Part shown: one piece after another, positions 1-7,765 of the stretch
How the letters are laid out: each line of letters starts with the position of its first letter
Numbering within the stretch: position 1 is the stretch's first letter
Origin: a virus
Lineage: Duplodnaviria; Heunggongvirae; Uroviricota; Caudoviricetes
DNA length: 17,006 nt
Reading direction: 5' to 3' (one strand)
Virus record (IMG/VR): IMGVR_UViG_3300028591_008384
Translations under genes and position numbers: made by a program
The notes under the pieces: generated by a model
Seen by the model: the letters and a program-made list of their open reading frames with translations, nothing else
Databases searched by the model: none
Told to the model about the DNA's origin: nothing

Positions 1-12
1 CCGGTGGCAACC

Positions 13-40
13 AAAAACGGCCCGGAACTAGTCCGGGCCG
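13..40 (-). terminator. Rho-independent terminator after the phosphoesterase gene
   Basis: Perfect 9-bp inverted repeat CGGCCCGGA (18-26) / TCCGGGCCG (32-40) with a 5-nt loop, followed on the minus strand by TTTTT (13-17). It lies 20 nt after the stop at 61. Confidence 0.85.
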
Positions 41-60
41 CCTTCTCTCTCCCCAATAAT

Positions 61-1398
61 TTAGCGCTGGATGCTCATCAGGTTCACGGAACCCTTCGAG
101 ACCACCTTCTTGCCATCCGTAATAAAAACGTAACTTTCGGCAGGGTAGCTACTATGGAGCTTGTTCACGGCATATTCGTTAGGACCAATCATGCTGGCGT
201 TCAGGTAAACCGGCGTATTCGTGCCCGAAAGGGACATTTCACCGCCAATGTGCCAGTGGCCCATGATAACGGCATCGAAATTCTGATATTCGTCGGCAGA
301 GAACATGCCCTTGTCCTTGAAGTTGTCGCGGACAACCGTGGAGAACGGGGAAACGAAGGCTCCACCGCCCTTATAACGGTCGCCATGTTCGAGTTTCCAG
401 CGCTGCTGGCCAACTTTCGTGAACTCGACCACGGAATCGGTCAATTTCATGGACACATTCTTCGGGGATTCCGGCATGTCGTAGTATTTCTTCATGAAAC
501 CATAGAGAATATACTCGTAGGAATCCTTGCCCTTGTTCTTGAACTGGTACTTGTCAGTGTTGCGGGCATGGTTTCCGACCACACAGGAGATGGTAATCTT
601 CTTGTACAGCTTGGAATACGCATTGATCAGCCCGGTAATGAAGCTGAAATAGTCCAGAACGCAGTCAGTAATCACCTGCTGGTTCGTTTCGCGGAGTTCC
701 GCGTGGATATTTCCCGAGAAAATGTCACCGAGCATGAAGATATGGAGTTCATCACAGCCATAGATGGAGGCGAACTCGTAATTCTTCTTGAAAAGGAGCT
801 CATGGCGCTTCTTGGAAATCTCCATATTATAATTGTTGATGCCGTTGATGCCGCGACCATCCACATATTCGCCATAATGCACGTCAGAAATCGGCAAGAT
901 ATTGTAGAACTTACCCTCGACATTCCCCTTCGGCGCCTTGGTGATATTGAGATTGACGGTGTAAGGCTTCACGCGCATCACCGATTCGCCCATCGCGTCG
1001 ATAATTTCCTGGGCGATGAACTTCTGTATCTTGGCTTCGCTCAGTTCCTTCTGGACATTGGCCATGTCCTTGCGGAGAATGGCGAGCTGGCCTTCGGAAG
1101 CACGCTGGACGACGGATTCGAGGTCGTCGGCAGCAATATCCCCTTCGTTTTCGGCTTCGCTCTTCATGCGGTTCCGCTGCTTGCGGACATTGGAACGGAA
1201 AGCGTCTTCGGAGTCGGTCACCCAGCCAAGGCCCTTGAGGGTCGTATAGAACGGGTAGACCTTATTGCAGTCCAGCTTGTAGAGTTTGAGGAGTTTTTCG
1301 ACCGGTGGAAGGTCGGTCTTGTTGTAACGAGTGTCCGGGGTCGGTTTTCCAATCAACTTCAGGAGCTTCTTGGAATCTACGGTTTCTTGTTTGCTCAT
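61..1398 (-). CDS. Calcineurin-like metallophosphoesterase with an N-terminal helical/coiled-coil extension
   Basis: All five metal-binding motifs occur in order: ISDVHYG, LGDIF, VGNH, LEHGD, MGHWH. The first ~140 aa are charged and helical. Confidence 0.85.
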   Translation of the reverse strand: MSKQETVDSKKLLKLIGKPTPDTRYNKTDLPPVEKLLKLYKLDCNKVYPFYTTLKGLGWVTDSEDAFRSNVRKQRNRMKSEAENEGDIAADDLESVVQRASEGQLAILRKDMANVQKELSEAKIQKFIAQEIIDAMGESVMRVKPYTVNLNITKAPKGNVEGKFYNILPISDVHYGEYVDGRGINGINNYNMEISKKRHELLFKKNYEFASIYGCDELHIFMLGDIFSGNIHAELRETNQQVITDCVLDYFSFITGLINAYSKLYKKITISCVVGNHARNTDKYQFKNKGKDSYEYILYGFMKKYYDMPESPKNVSMKLTDSVVEFTKVGQQRWKLEHGDRYKGGGAFVSPFSTVVRDNFKDKGMFSADEYQNFDAVIMGHWHIGGEMSLSGTNTPVYLNASMIGPNEYAVNKLHSSYPAESYVFITDGKKVVSKGSVNLMSIQR

Positions 1399-1438
1399 AG
1401 TGTATTGGTTGTTGATAAGTTGTTGTCTTCTGGTAGAA

Positions 1439-1467
1439 AAACTAACATATTCTTTTTACCTTGTCAA
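1439..1467 (-). promoter_or_regulatory. Sigma70-like promoter for the phosphoesterase gene
   Basis: Minus strand TTGACA (1467-1462), 17 bp, TAGTTT (1444-1439), with a TGn extension, in an AT-rich divergent spacer. Confidence 0.6.
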
Positions 1468-1497
1468 CCATTTTGTGTCATTTTTCTTAAAAAATTT

Positions 1498-1525
1498 TTG
1501 AAACATATAAAATTTTTGCTATATT
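1498..1525 (+). promoter_or_regulatory. Promoter with extended -10 TGCTATATT, probably leaderless, for the GT2 operon
   Basis: TTGAAA (1498-1503), 16 bp, TATATT (1520-1525). The ATG at 1533 follows after 7 nt with no SD. Confidence 0.65.
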
Positions 1526-1532
1526 GTCTGTT

Positions 1533-2426
1533 ATGAAGACATTATTAGTAATCGTTTCCAAGGATCAACAGCAATATGCCGATAATATGAACGCGGCAAT
1601 CGAAAAATTGACTGTGAAGCCAGATGGCGTCCTTGTAGTCCTCGAACGTCCCACTCCGGCAGAAATCAACGCGACAAAACGGGCATATACAAGCGAACTA
1701 GTGACCGTACTCATCTCGACCTCGCTTCCCGATTACGTCGGTCGTCCGCAGATGAACTACCATGTTCCCTATTTCTGCGCCGGCCATGCAAGAAACCTGG
1801 GTGTCAAGTTCGCCAATGAGCAAGGATATGACTCAATCGTATTCATTGACGGTGACTGCTACCCTGAACCGAACCTCATAAAGGCCCACAAGGAACTCCT
1901 GGATTCAGAAGAACCGGTTTTGACCGTCGGTAAGCGTTGTGAAGCCAAGTATGGATGGCACGACCAGCGCGAGAAGGACGGGAATTTTCCCATCCCCATC
2001 TTCAACAAGTCGGAGCGAGTTACCAGGGAAGCCTTCTTCGTGGACTCGGGTGTCCTCTGGACATGCAACATCGGCATCAACCAGAAAGCACTGGACTTGA
2101 TGACCTCCACAAACAAGACACTCTATGGCCGGGATGAACTGTGTTCTTCGGATTTCTGCGGCACTTGGGGCGGTGAAGATGGCTTCATCGGCCTCGAAGC
2201 CCTGTACCTGGATATTTCAGTTATCACAGTGTGCGCACCCGATTCCGGCGTTCGGCACAATGAGCACCCAAGACCATTGGACAAGTACGACCACGAAACC
2301 TTCGTCGCCTACCTCGAAGAAAAGCGCGAGGAACTGATGTACCTGATGAAGGCCAACGGCATTCCATGCCCACGGTATATTCCAAAGGACATCATCATCG
2401 GCAACCGAGACTGGATTACCAAATGA
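1533..2426 (+). CDS. Glycosyltransferase family 2 (GT-A fold)
   Basis: AGHARNLG, VFIDGDC (DxD), WTCNIGI and WGGED motifs. Start moved from the TTG at 1524, which overlaps the -10 box, to the ATG at 1533. Confidence 0.85.
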   Translation: MKTLLVIVSKDQQQYADNMNAAIEKLTVKPDGVLVVLERPTPAEINATKRAYTSELVTVLISTSLPDYVGRPQMNYHVPYFCAGHARNLGVKFANEQGYDSIVFIDGDCYPEPNLIKAHKELLDSEEPVLTVGKRCEAKYGWHDQREKDGNFPIPIFNKSERVTREAFFVDSGVLWTCNIGINQKALDLMTSTNKTLYGRDELCSSDFCGTWGGEDGFIGLEALYLDISVITVCAPDSGVRHNEHPRPLDKYDHETFVAYLEEKREELMYLMKANGIPCPRYIPKDIIIGNRDWITK

Positions 2427-2758
2427 AAGTAGCAAGAGCTTTATTCGAATCACGAAAGTTTCCGGAGCGCTTCCCTGAATTCAAGCGGTTCATGGCCTTC
2501 TGTGATGCAAATAAGCTGCGCATGTCATTCTATGATGAAACCCCGTATATTGGAATACGGGTATTCGATTCTTCAAATGAACCGATAACCCGATACAATC
2601 AATTCACGATACATTATAACACAATGGATAAGAAAATCTATGTGCTTGACTGTGAAGATTGGGATGAAGGAATGGGAATGCTCAACAAGGCACTTGGACT
2701 TTCCGAGCAGAAGAATGACGAAGACCTGATTTCTTCGCTCGGCTCAGCAATACTCTAA
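2423..2758 (+). CDS. Hypothetical protein, 111 aa, tandem paralog A
   Basis: ATGA overlap with the GT2 stop. Aligns without gaps to 2786..3121 at 80/111 identical residues by manual count. Confidence 0.85.
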   Translation: MKVARALFESRKFPERFPEFKRFMAFCDANKLRMSFYDETPYIGIRVFDSSNEPITRYNQFTIHYNTMDKKIYVLDCEDWDEGMGMLNKALGLSEQKNDEDLISSLGSAIL

Positions 2759-2785
2759 AATATTAACCTGAGACTGGATTACAAA

Positions 2786-3121
2786 ATGAGAGTAGCACGC
2801 GCCTTGTTCGAAGCGGAACATTACCATGAACGGTTTCCCGAATTCAAACGGTTCATGGCGTTCTGCGATGCCAATAAGCTGCAGATGGCATTTGCCATCG
2901 AACCGCCGTACATTGGAATACGTGTATTTAATTCCAACGATGAGGTGATAACCCGATATCGTCCATACACCATCTACTACTATACGATGGACAAGAAGGT
3001 CTACCTCATGGACTGCGCTAACTGGGACGAAGGAATGGGCATGTTCACCGAGGCGATCGGTCTCGACGAGCAGAAAAATGATGAGGATCTGATTTCTTCC
3101 CTCGGCTCAACAATACTCTAA
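2786..3121 (+). CDS. Hypothetical protein, 111 aa, tandem paralog B
   Basis: Same length as paralog A and about 72% identical to it. Both frames are intact and many differences are conservative. Confidence 0.85.
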   Translation: MRVARALFEAEHYHERFPEFKRFMAFCDANKLQMAFAIEPPYIGIRVFNSNDEVITRYRPYTIYYYTMDKKVYLMDCANWDEGMGMFTEAIGLDEQKNDEDLISSLGSTIL

Positions 3122-4170
3122 AAGATTATCCCGATAAAAGCAACGAGTAGTGCGACAATCGATATGGCCAGCGGCAAGACGCTGGTCTTTCTCTTACGCA
3201 TCGCATTCTCGTAAACCACGTTGCCGATTTGCGTATTCAATCCGTCCAGTCGTTCATTGACGGAATTGTACTTCAAGTTCACGGTTTCGAGCTCACTCCT
3301 GATACCTTCACCACAGAGATTGTTGGTATCGGCCATGCTGGAACGGAACTTATCCATCGTCTGTTCCAACTGGTTGACCTTTTCCTCGTTGCTGTTCAGT
3401 CGCTTCAATGCACCATTCTGCACGTCCAGTGCCCGCTGGAACAGTGACATCTGCACAAAATTTCTTAATGAATTCTTGACGTACTTGGTAACGTCCTTCA
3501 TGATTTCGTCCATGCCAATATCATCTTCGTAGTCATTGTCGAATGCTTCCAGATGGGAATTATCGACAACCAGGCCATCCTTGACAAAATCGAGAACCTT
3601 CGCAATGGCCGCTTCGTCTTCTTCCGAAGCCGGCTCGGATACATTGGAATCCATCTCGCCACATAGTCGTGCAAGTTCGGCATCCATGTCGCTTTCGGAA
3701 ATCATCAACTCGCCGGTCGGCTCGTAAATCATGATGTCATATCCGGCCTCGTTTTCCGACCTGGGTATGAAGCCATTAGTCTCGGCCAGACGCCATTTCC
3801 TGAATGTGAAATCGGCATTACGCTTATGCGGGGCCACGACAACCAGTCTGTGACAGTCGCATGTATCAAGAACGATGGGGAGAGTGCTTTCGGTGGCAAA
3901 AATCGTGCATGGCCAGGAATCCTCATCATGTGCAGCAGCTTCACAGAAAATTTTGAGAGTGCGCTCGTTCTTCATGGAAGCAATCTTAGGACAAACCACA
4001 CCAACATAGTTGGCAGCATCCTTCATCATAGAATCCATGAATATCCCAGCACTACCCGATACCTCGACCACCACCCTGGGGTCGCTTATCAGTTCCTGAC
4101 GATAAAAAATGTTCTTTTCAATGATATGTGCATCGCCGTCCACGGCGATTATAACGCTCAGATCCATCAT
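3118..4170 (-). CDS. Hypothetical protein: possible degenerate DHFR-like N-domain, acidic linker, coiled coil and C-terminal membrane anchor
   Basis: 350 aa. Hydrophobic end VLPLAISIVALLVAFIGIIF after basic MRKRK, and a heptad-like region near aa 250-320. The DHFR resemblance is weak. Confidence 0.75.
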   Translation of the reverse strand: MMDLSVIIAVDGDAHIIEKNIFYRQELISDPRVVVEVSGSAGIFMDSMMKDAANYVGVVCPKIASMKNERTLKIFCEAAAHDEDSWPCTIFATESTLPIVLDTCDCHRLVVVAPHKRNADFTFRKWRLAETNGFIPRSENEAGYDIMIYEPTGELMISESDMDAELARLCGEMDSNVSEPASEEDEAAIAKVLDFVKDGLVVDNSHLEAFDNDYEDDIGMDEIMKDVTKYVKNSLRNFVQMSLFQRALDVQNGALKRLNSNEEKVNQLEQTMDKFRSSMADTNNLCGEGIRSELETVNLKYNSVNERLDGLNTQIGNVVYENAMRKRKTSVLPLAISIVALLVAFIGIIF

Positions 4171-4179
4171 GCCATAAAA

Positions 4180-4611
4180 CTACTTCAAGTCACTCTTGAA
4201 CGTGACATAAGATAGCTTAAAGGCATCGACCTTGCCGTCCTTGTCAGGTACACCCTGCCCAACCGGTATAAACCGTATCTTGTCGAACCCACCGACCGTA
4301 TCTGCGGTGGCCATGAGTATCTTCCCGTACCTGGTATCGGGAACAGAAAATTCTACTTTAAGGATAGTCCCTTCAATGTTGGCCCCTACGGAACGGGCCA
4401 TCGCATGACCCTTCCATGGTTCATCCGGGCGAACACCCTTCTTCGTGCGCTCGGGCAAAGCCAAGTCCTCCACCGTGCAGCCATTGGCAGTAATCTGCGC
4501 ATAGGCCGCGAGAACGGCAGTCTCAGTAAAACGAATTCCGCCGATCGTATCGACAGCGGAATCCAGAATCTCGGCAGTGAACCGGGCAAGTTCCTTCTTC
4601 TTACTTGCCAT
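4180..4611 (-). CDS. Hypothetical protein resembling a catalytically dead T4 gp21-type prohead protease
   Basis: SD GGAGGGG. VEFSVPDTRYGKIL...FIPVGQG...DGKVDAFKLSYVTF follows the gp21-family pattern DTPxGKI...VSSRGxG...VxDFxLxxxD but lacks the catalytic Ser and His. Confidence 0.6.
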   Translation of the reverse strand: MASKKKELARFTAEILDSAVDTIGGIRFTETAVLAAYAQITANGCTVEDLALPERTKKGVRPDEPWKGHAMARSVGANIEGTILKVEFSVPDTRYGKILMATADTVGGFDKIRFIPVGQGVPDKDGKVDAFKLSYVTFKSDLK

Positions 4612-4894
4612 CGCCCCTCCACTTGACCAACAGGTCGTTCATGCCGACCCGTTCCATGGTGCGTTCGAGGGCAAGGCGCCTGCGGTTCCAGTAGTCGCTC
4701 ACGTTGCGGAGCAGGAGGCGAACCTCCGGTCCAATCTTGGAATCGTTGATTACGGCAGCAGCGTCGTCATACATTCGACGGCACAGCTTCCATTCCGCTT
4801 CCAACTTCGCCGTATCCCCCAACAGGATTTGCCATATTCTGGCCTGCTGGTCCGAGAACGACTTCTTGATTGCTTCGATCTTCTGTAAGTCCAT
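4601..4894 (-). CDS. Hypothetical helical protein, 97 aa
   Basis: SD GGAAGGA then ATG at 4894 (MDLQKIE...). Ends with an 11-nt overlap onto the next gene. Its 5' 128 nt overlap the nuclease ORF tail. Confidence 0.7.
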   Translation of the reverse strand: MDLQKIEAIKKSFSDQQARIWQILLGDTAKLEAEWKLCRRMYDDAAAVINDSKIGPEVRLLLRNVSDYWNRRRLALERTMERVGMNDLLVKWRGDGK

Positions 4895-5783
4895 ACTTAT
4901 TCCTTCCTTCCTCGGTGAGGAGTTCGGCTTCAAATGCCTTCGTGAGACGTTCCTTGTTTTCCTCCGCGCGGGCAATCAGGGCAGGGGCATTCTGCAACAG
5001 GTATGCCGCCTCGCTAGCCAGGTCCTTGCACTTGAACACCTTGTATGTCGGTTCAAGTTCACTGAACCAGCACAGGTACAGGTTCTTGATTGGAATTCCG
5101 GTCTCTTCTTCAAAGATGCGCTTGTAGCAGTGCAACTGCAACGAATACTCGGTGAGCTTGCACTTGTCCAGATGAGAGCATGGGGGTTCCAGGTTGAAGT
5201 CCGAACGGGTATCGAATTCGGAGTTGGTCTTCCAGTCCCAAATCTCGAAGCCGCCTGACTTCACGTTGTAGAAAATCTGGTCAATCATCCCACACACATT
5301 GTACTTCGGACTGCCGATTACAAGTTCGGAACGCACGCGGTGCATCTTGCCCTCGATGTCGTTGATGAACTGCCTAACCTTCGGTATGATGGCAGAATAC
5401 AACGGCTTGACAGGATCGCCCGGCATAATCGCCTGGAGACCGGGGTACTTCTTGAAATCCTTGGCAAATTCGTTGAACACGATATCCTTGGGATACGGCT
5501 GCACCTTGTTGGCCAGGGTGGTCTCGATGTACTTGTGCACTGCGGAACCCTTGGCACGGGAGATGAGGTTGTTCCGCTTCCACTGCAGGAGCAAAGCGTC
5601 GGCATTTACCTTCTGCTTCTTGGCGGACTGCAACGCCACCTTCTTCTCGATGAACGGCGGGGTCACCGAGCCGGTAACCTTGGTCACCGATACGGTCTTC
5701 TGCCCGTTCAGGGTGTAGCTGTGCCAATCATCATCAAAGGTGATTTTGTTGAACACGCTCGTCTTTTCAAAGAAATCAAACAT
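4767..5783 (-). CDS. PD-(D/E)xK nuclease, RecB-like phage exonuclease
   Basis: GSAVHKYIE, SELVI, CGMIDQI, EIWDWKT and the RecB-type QxxxY motif YSLQLHCY. Confidence 0.85.
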   Translation of the reverse strand: MFDFFEKTSVFNKITFDDDWHSYTLNGQKTVSVTKVTGSVTPPFIEKKVALQSAKKQKVNADALLLQWKRNNLISRAKGSAVHKYIETTLANKVQPYPKDIVFNEFAKDFKKYPGLQAIMPGDPVKPLYSAIIPKVRQFINDIEGKMHRVRSELVIGSPKYNVCGMIDQIFYNVKSGGFEIWDWKTNSEFDTRSDFNLEPPCSHLDKCKLTEYSLQLHCYKRIFEEETGIPIKNLYLCWFSELEPTYKVFKCKDLASEAAYLLQNAPALIARAEENKERLTKAFEAELLTEEGRNKYGLTEDRSNQEVVLGPAGQNMANPVGGYGEVGSGMEAVPSNV

Positions 5784-5790
5784 TGGAAAC

Positions 5791-6330
5791 CTATAATTCG
5801 GGGGTCCATTTCAGTAAGTGGATGTACCGGCAAGCCACCTTGTATCCTTCCGGCGCAACCGGGATTGCATTCTTGTACTTGGGTCCAAGAACGGTGTCCC
5901 AGCATTCTTCAAGCGCGTCCTTCAAGGTATCTTCGAGAGTGCAACTGATTACGGCAGCGGCAATTTCGTCGGAATCCATCTTGCGGCGCTTCTTCTTGGG
6001 CATGCCCGGTATGGGCTCTTCCTCGATGATGAAATCCGGATATTCCTCCTTCAGCCAGGCCTTCCACGCAGCCGCAACATCCTTCGGGAGGTTGTACGGG
6101 AACGGGCAGGTGTCCTTTCCATTCACGGCATCTTCGGCAACGGAAAGGTTCTTGATGAAAGTGGGAATGTATGGAATGATAATCGACGGGACGAGCACCC
6201 GGATACGGGCGGAATAGTGCCTGGTAGGCTGCGGCTGCGGCATGTCATACTTCAAGTCCTTCAAGATGTACTGGACCGTGAAGTCGGTGACCTTCACCGC
6301 GAGTTCTGTTTCATCGGCATCTAGTTTCAC
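5791..6330 (-). CDS. Hypothetical protein, 179 aa
   Basis: GTG start in a GTGA overlap with the upstream stop. Stop lies 7 nt before the nuclease ATG. Codon bias matches neighbouring genes. Confidence 0.75.
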   Translation of the reverse strand: MKLDADETELAVKVTDFTVQYILKDLKYDMPQPQPTRHYSARIRVLVPSIIIPYIPTFIKNLSVAEDAVNGKDTCPFPYNLPKDVAAAWKAWLKEEYPDFIIEEEPIPGMPKKKRRKMDSDEIAAAVISCTLEDTLKDALEECWDTVLGPKYKNAIPVAPEGYKVACRYIHLLKWTPEL

Positions 6331-7154
6331 GGTACGAGCTCCAACAGCTGCTTCTTGGTAATGTGCGACACCGTGAACATTGCATCGAAGGTCTGGATCA
6401 TGTGTTCCAGGCGTTCCATGTGCATCGGGTGCGTACTGAACCGGAGTTCTTCCTCGCTAATCTTGTGCGCCCAGTTAAGGCCGATGACCATCATTACAGC
6501 GGCAACGGCACCCTGCGCACCGAGGCAGCAGGATTGCAGTACGGCGGATGCCCAGGAGTCGGCCTGGCGTTCATCGTTGCGGTTGATGCTGCAATGCATG
6601 CCCTGTCCCTTGTAGTACAGGTGGCCAAGACAGATATGTCCGCATTCGTGGGCCATTACAGCCATGAGGATAGTCTTCGCGTACATGCGGGCGACTTCCT
6701 CCTGGACACTATCTTCTTCAAGATGGAACTTGTCCCACATCCTGAGCAGGAGGTCGGAACCAACGCAGCCCATTGTCGCCGCTTTGCGCATCCATTTGAG
6801 CATGGCACGGGCCTTGCGGGCGCTTCCGGTACGGTCGAGGATGGCAATCACCACTGCCAGTGCGCTTAGCCAGTCAAGCATGCCCTGCAGGATGACAATC
6901 CGGTACTTATGGGGAATGAAACCCTTGGCCTTTTCCGGATCCTTGGGAATCTGTGCCTTGATTTCCTCGTCACTCAGCCTAGATGCGAAGGCATTGACGG
7001 ACAGGCCATCCCGTATTTCGATACGGGTTTCCATGGCAAGACGGGCACAATGTTCCGTACGGAGCTGCACGAGCTCGGAAGAACATATTGCATTGAAGGC
7101 CGAACTCACATCGGCTTCGCTTAGATGATAGGCCGTTCCATTCCAATTCGACAT
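6327..7154 (-). CDS. Zinc metallopeptidase, M48-like or U49 (Lit-like), 275 aa
   Basis: MAHECGHICLGH (HExxH), NDERQADSWA (ExxAD) and FSTHPMHMERL (THP..R). Start set at ATG 7154 behind AAGGGGA. Confidence 0.8.
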   Translation of the reverse strand: MSNWNGTAYHLSEADVSSAFNAICSSELVQLRTEHCARLAMETRIEIRDGLSVNAFASRLSDEEIKAQIPKDPEKAKGFIPHKYRIVILQGMLDWLSALAVVIAILDRTGSARKARAMLKWMRKAATMGCVGSDLLLRMWDKFHLEEDSVQEEVARMYAKTILMAVMAHECGHICLGHLYYKGQGMHCSINRNDERQADSWASAVLQSCCLGAQGAVAAVMMVIGLNWAHKISEEELRFSTHPMHMERLEHMIQTFDAMFTVSHITKKQLLELVP

Positions 7155-7399
7155 GTGGCTATCCCCTTGTCGGTAAGGTACTTGTAGATGATCAGAGAAA
7201 GACCGGACTTTCCGCCTTCCTTGGCGAGCAGACGCTTTATATCGCGCATGCGGGATACCCGTAGCCAGGTCTTCCATTCGTCATCGGTCATGTCACCGCG
7301 TATTACATTGGTAATACCTGGTGTAGTTGATTTGAAATCCGGGACAACGACGTAACCGTCGCGGAAATCCTCGGGCAAACTTTCCTTTAATTCTGCCAT
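7121..7399 (-). CDS. Hypothetical protein, 92 aa
   Basis: SD AAAGGAAG and an upstream TGCTATATT promoter. Overlaps the peptidase start by 34 nt. Confidence 0.7.
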   Translation of the reverse strand: MAELKESLPEDFRDGYVVVPDFKSTTPGITNVIRGDMTDDEWKTWLRVSRMRDIKRLLAKEGGKSGLSLIIYKYLTDKGIATCRIGMERPII

Positions 7400-7428
7400 G
7401 GTAAAAACTTCCTTTGACTATATTGGAA

Positions 7429-7437
7429 AATATAGCA
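7429..7437 (-). promoter_or_regulatory. Extended -10 promoter TGCTATATT
   Basis: Exact motif in an AT-rich spacer about 30 nt upstream of ATG 7399. No good -35 at 17 bp. Confidence 0.6.
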
Positions 7438-7465
7438 TTATTTTTATCAAAATTATTATAAAATG

Positions 7466-7765
7466 CTAAAAACTTGCACCGTTGTCCGAATTATTGAACC
7501 AGAAATTGGGTGCATCCATGCCCTCGCTGCCGGAAATGTCGCCCCTGGCGCCACTGGAGAACGGGGAATAACGGGGACCGTTGTGCGGCGTGTCGAAACC
7601 ATCCGGGATAAACCCGTTGGCGATGTAGCCACGGGTGCCGTCCGCGTACAGGACGATGCGTCCGGTCTCGTCAGGGGTGTCGATGTAATCGACTATCTTG
7701 GCGACCCCGTACCTTTCTTCTGGCGGGGGACACGGAAATGGCGGATGGAAGGGCGGTCTCTGCAT
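7466..7765 (-). CDS. Hypothetical protein, 99 aa, Pro-rich N-terminus
   Basis: Strong C/G third-position bias on the minus strand (GAC ACC CCT GAC GAG ACC GGA CGC ATC GTC CTG TAC). No SD; may be the distal part of a frameshifted gene. Confidence 0.6.
   Translation of the reverse strand: MQRPPFHPPFPCPPPEERYGVAKIVDYIDTPDETGRIVLYADGTRGYIANGFIPDGFDTPHNGPRYSPFSSGARGDISGSEGMDAPNFWFNNSDNGASF

Larger units (their letters stand above)
2403..3131 (+). repeat. Tandem duplication with a 363-bp period
   Basis: AACC-GAGACTGGATTACCAAATGA (2403-2426) matches AACCTGAGACTGGATTACAAAATGA (2765-2789), and both copies end in CAATACTCTAAAA. Confidence 0.9.

Noticed and set aside
4-1536. 510-aa plus-strand ORF, and similar long ORFs at 9941..11548, 7889..8767, 8668..9453, 14841..15614 and 5340..5948
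   Set aside because: They are antisense shadows of motif-bearing genes with biased codons. They have no motifs or SD, and some run through terminators or AT-rich spacers.
4767-5783. Cas4 or CRISPR link for the nuclease
   Set aside because: No Cas4 Fe-S cysteine arrangement (one N-terminal plus three C-terminal Cys), and no array or cas genes in the window.
5980-6000. SV40-like nuclear localisation signal PKKKRRK, suggesting a eukaryotic virus
   Set aside because: Sigma70 promoters, SD sites, coupled operons and bacterial IF3 indicate a bacterial host. Basic patches arise by chance.
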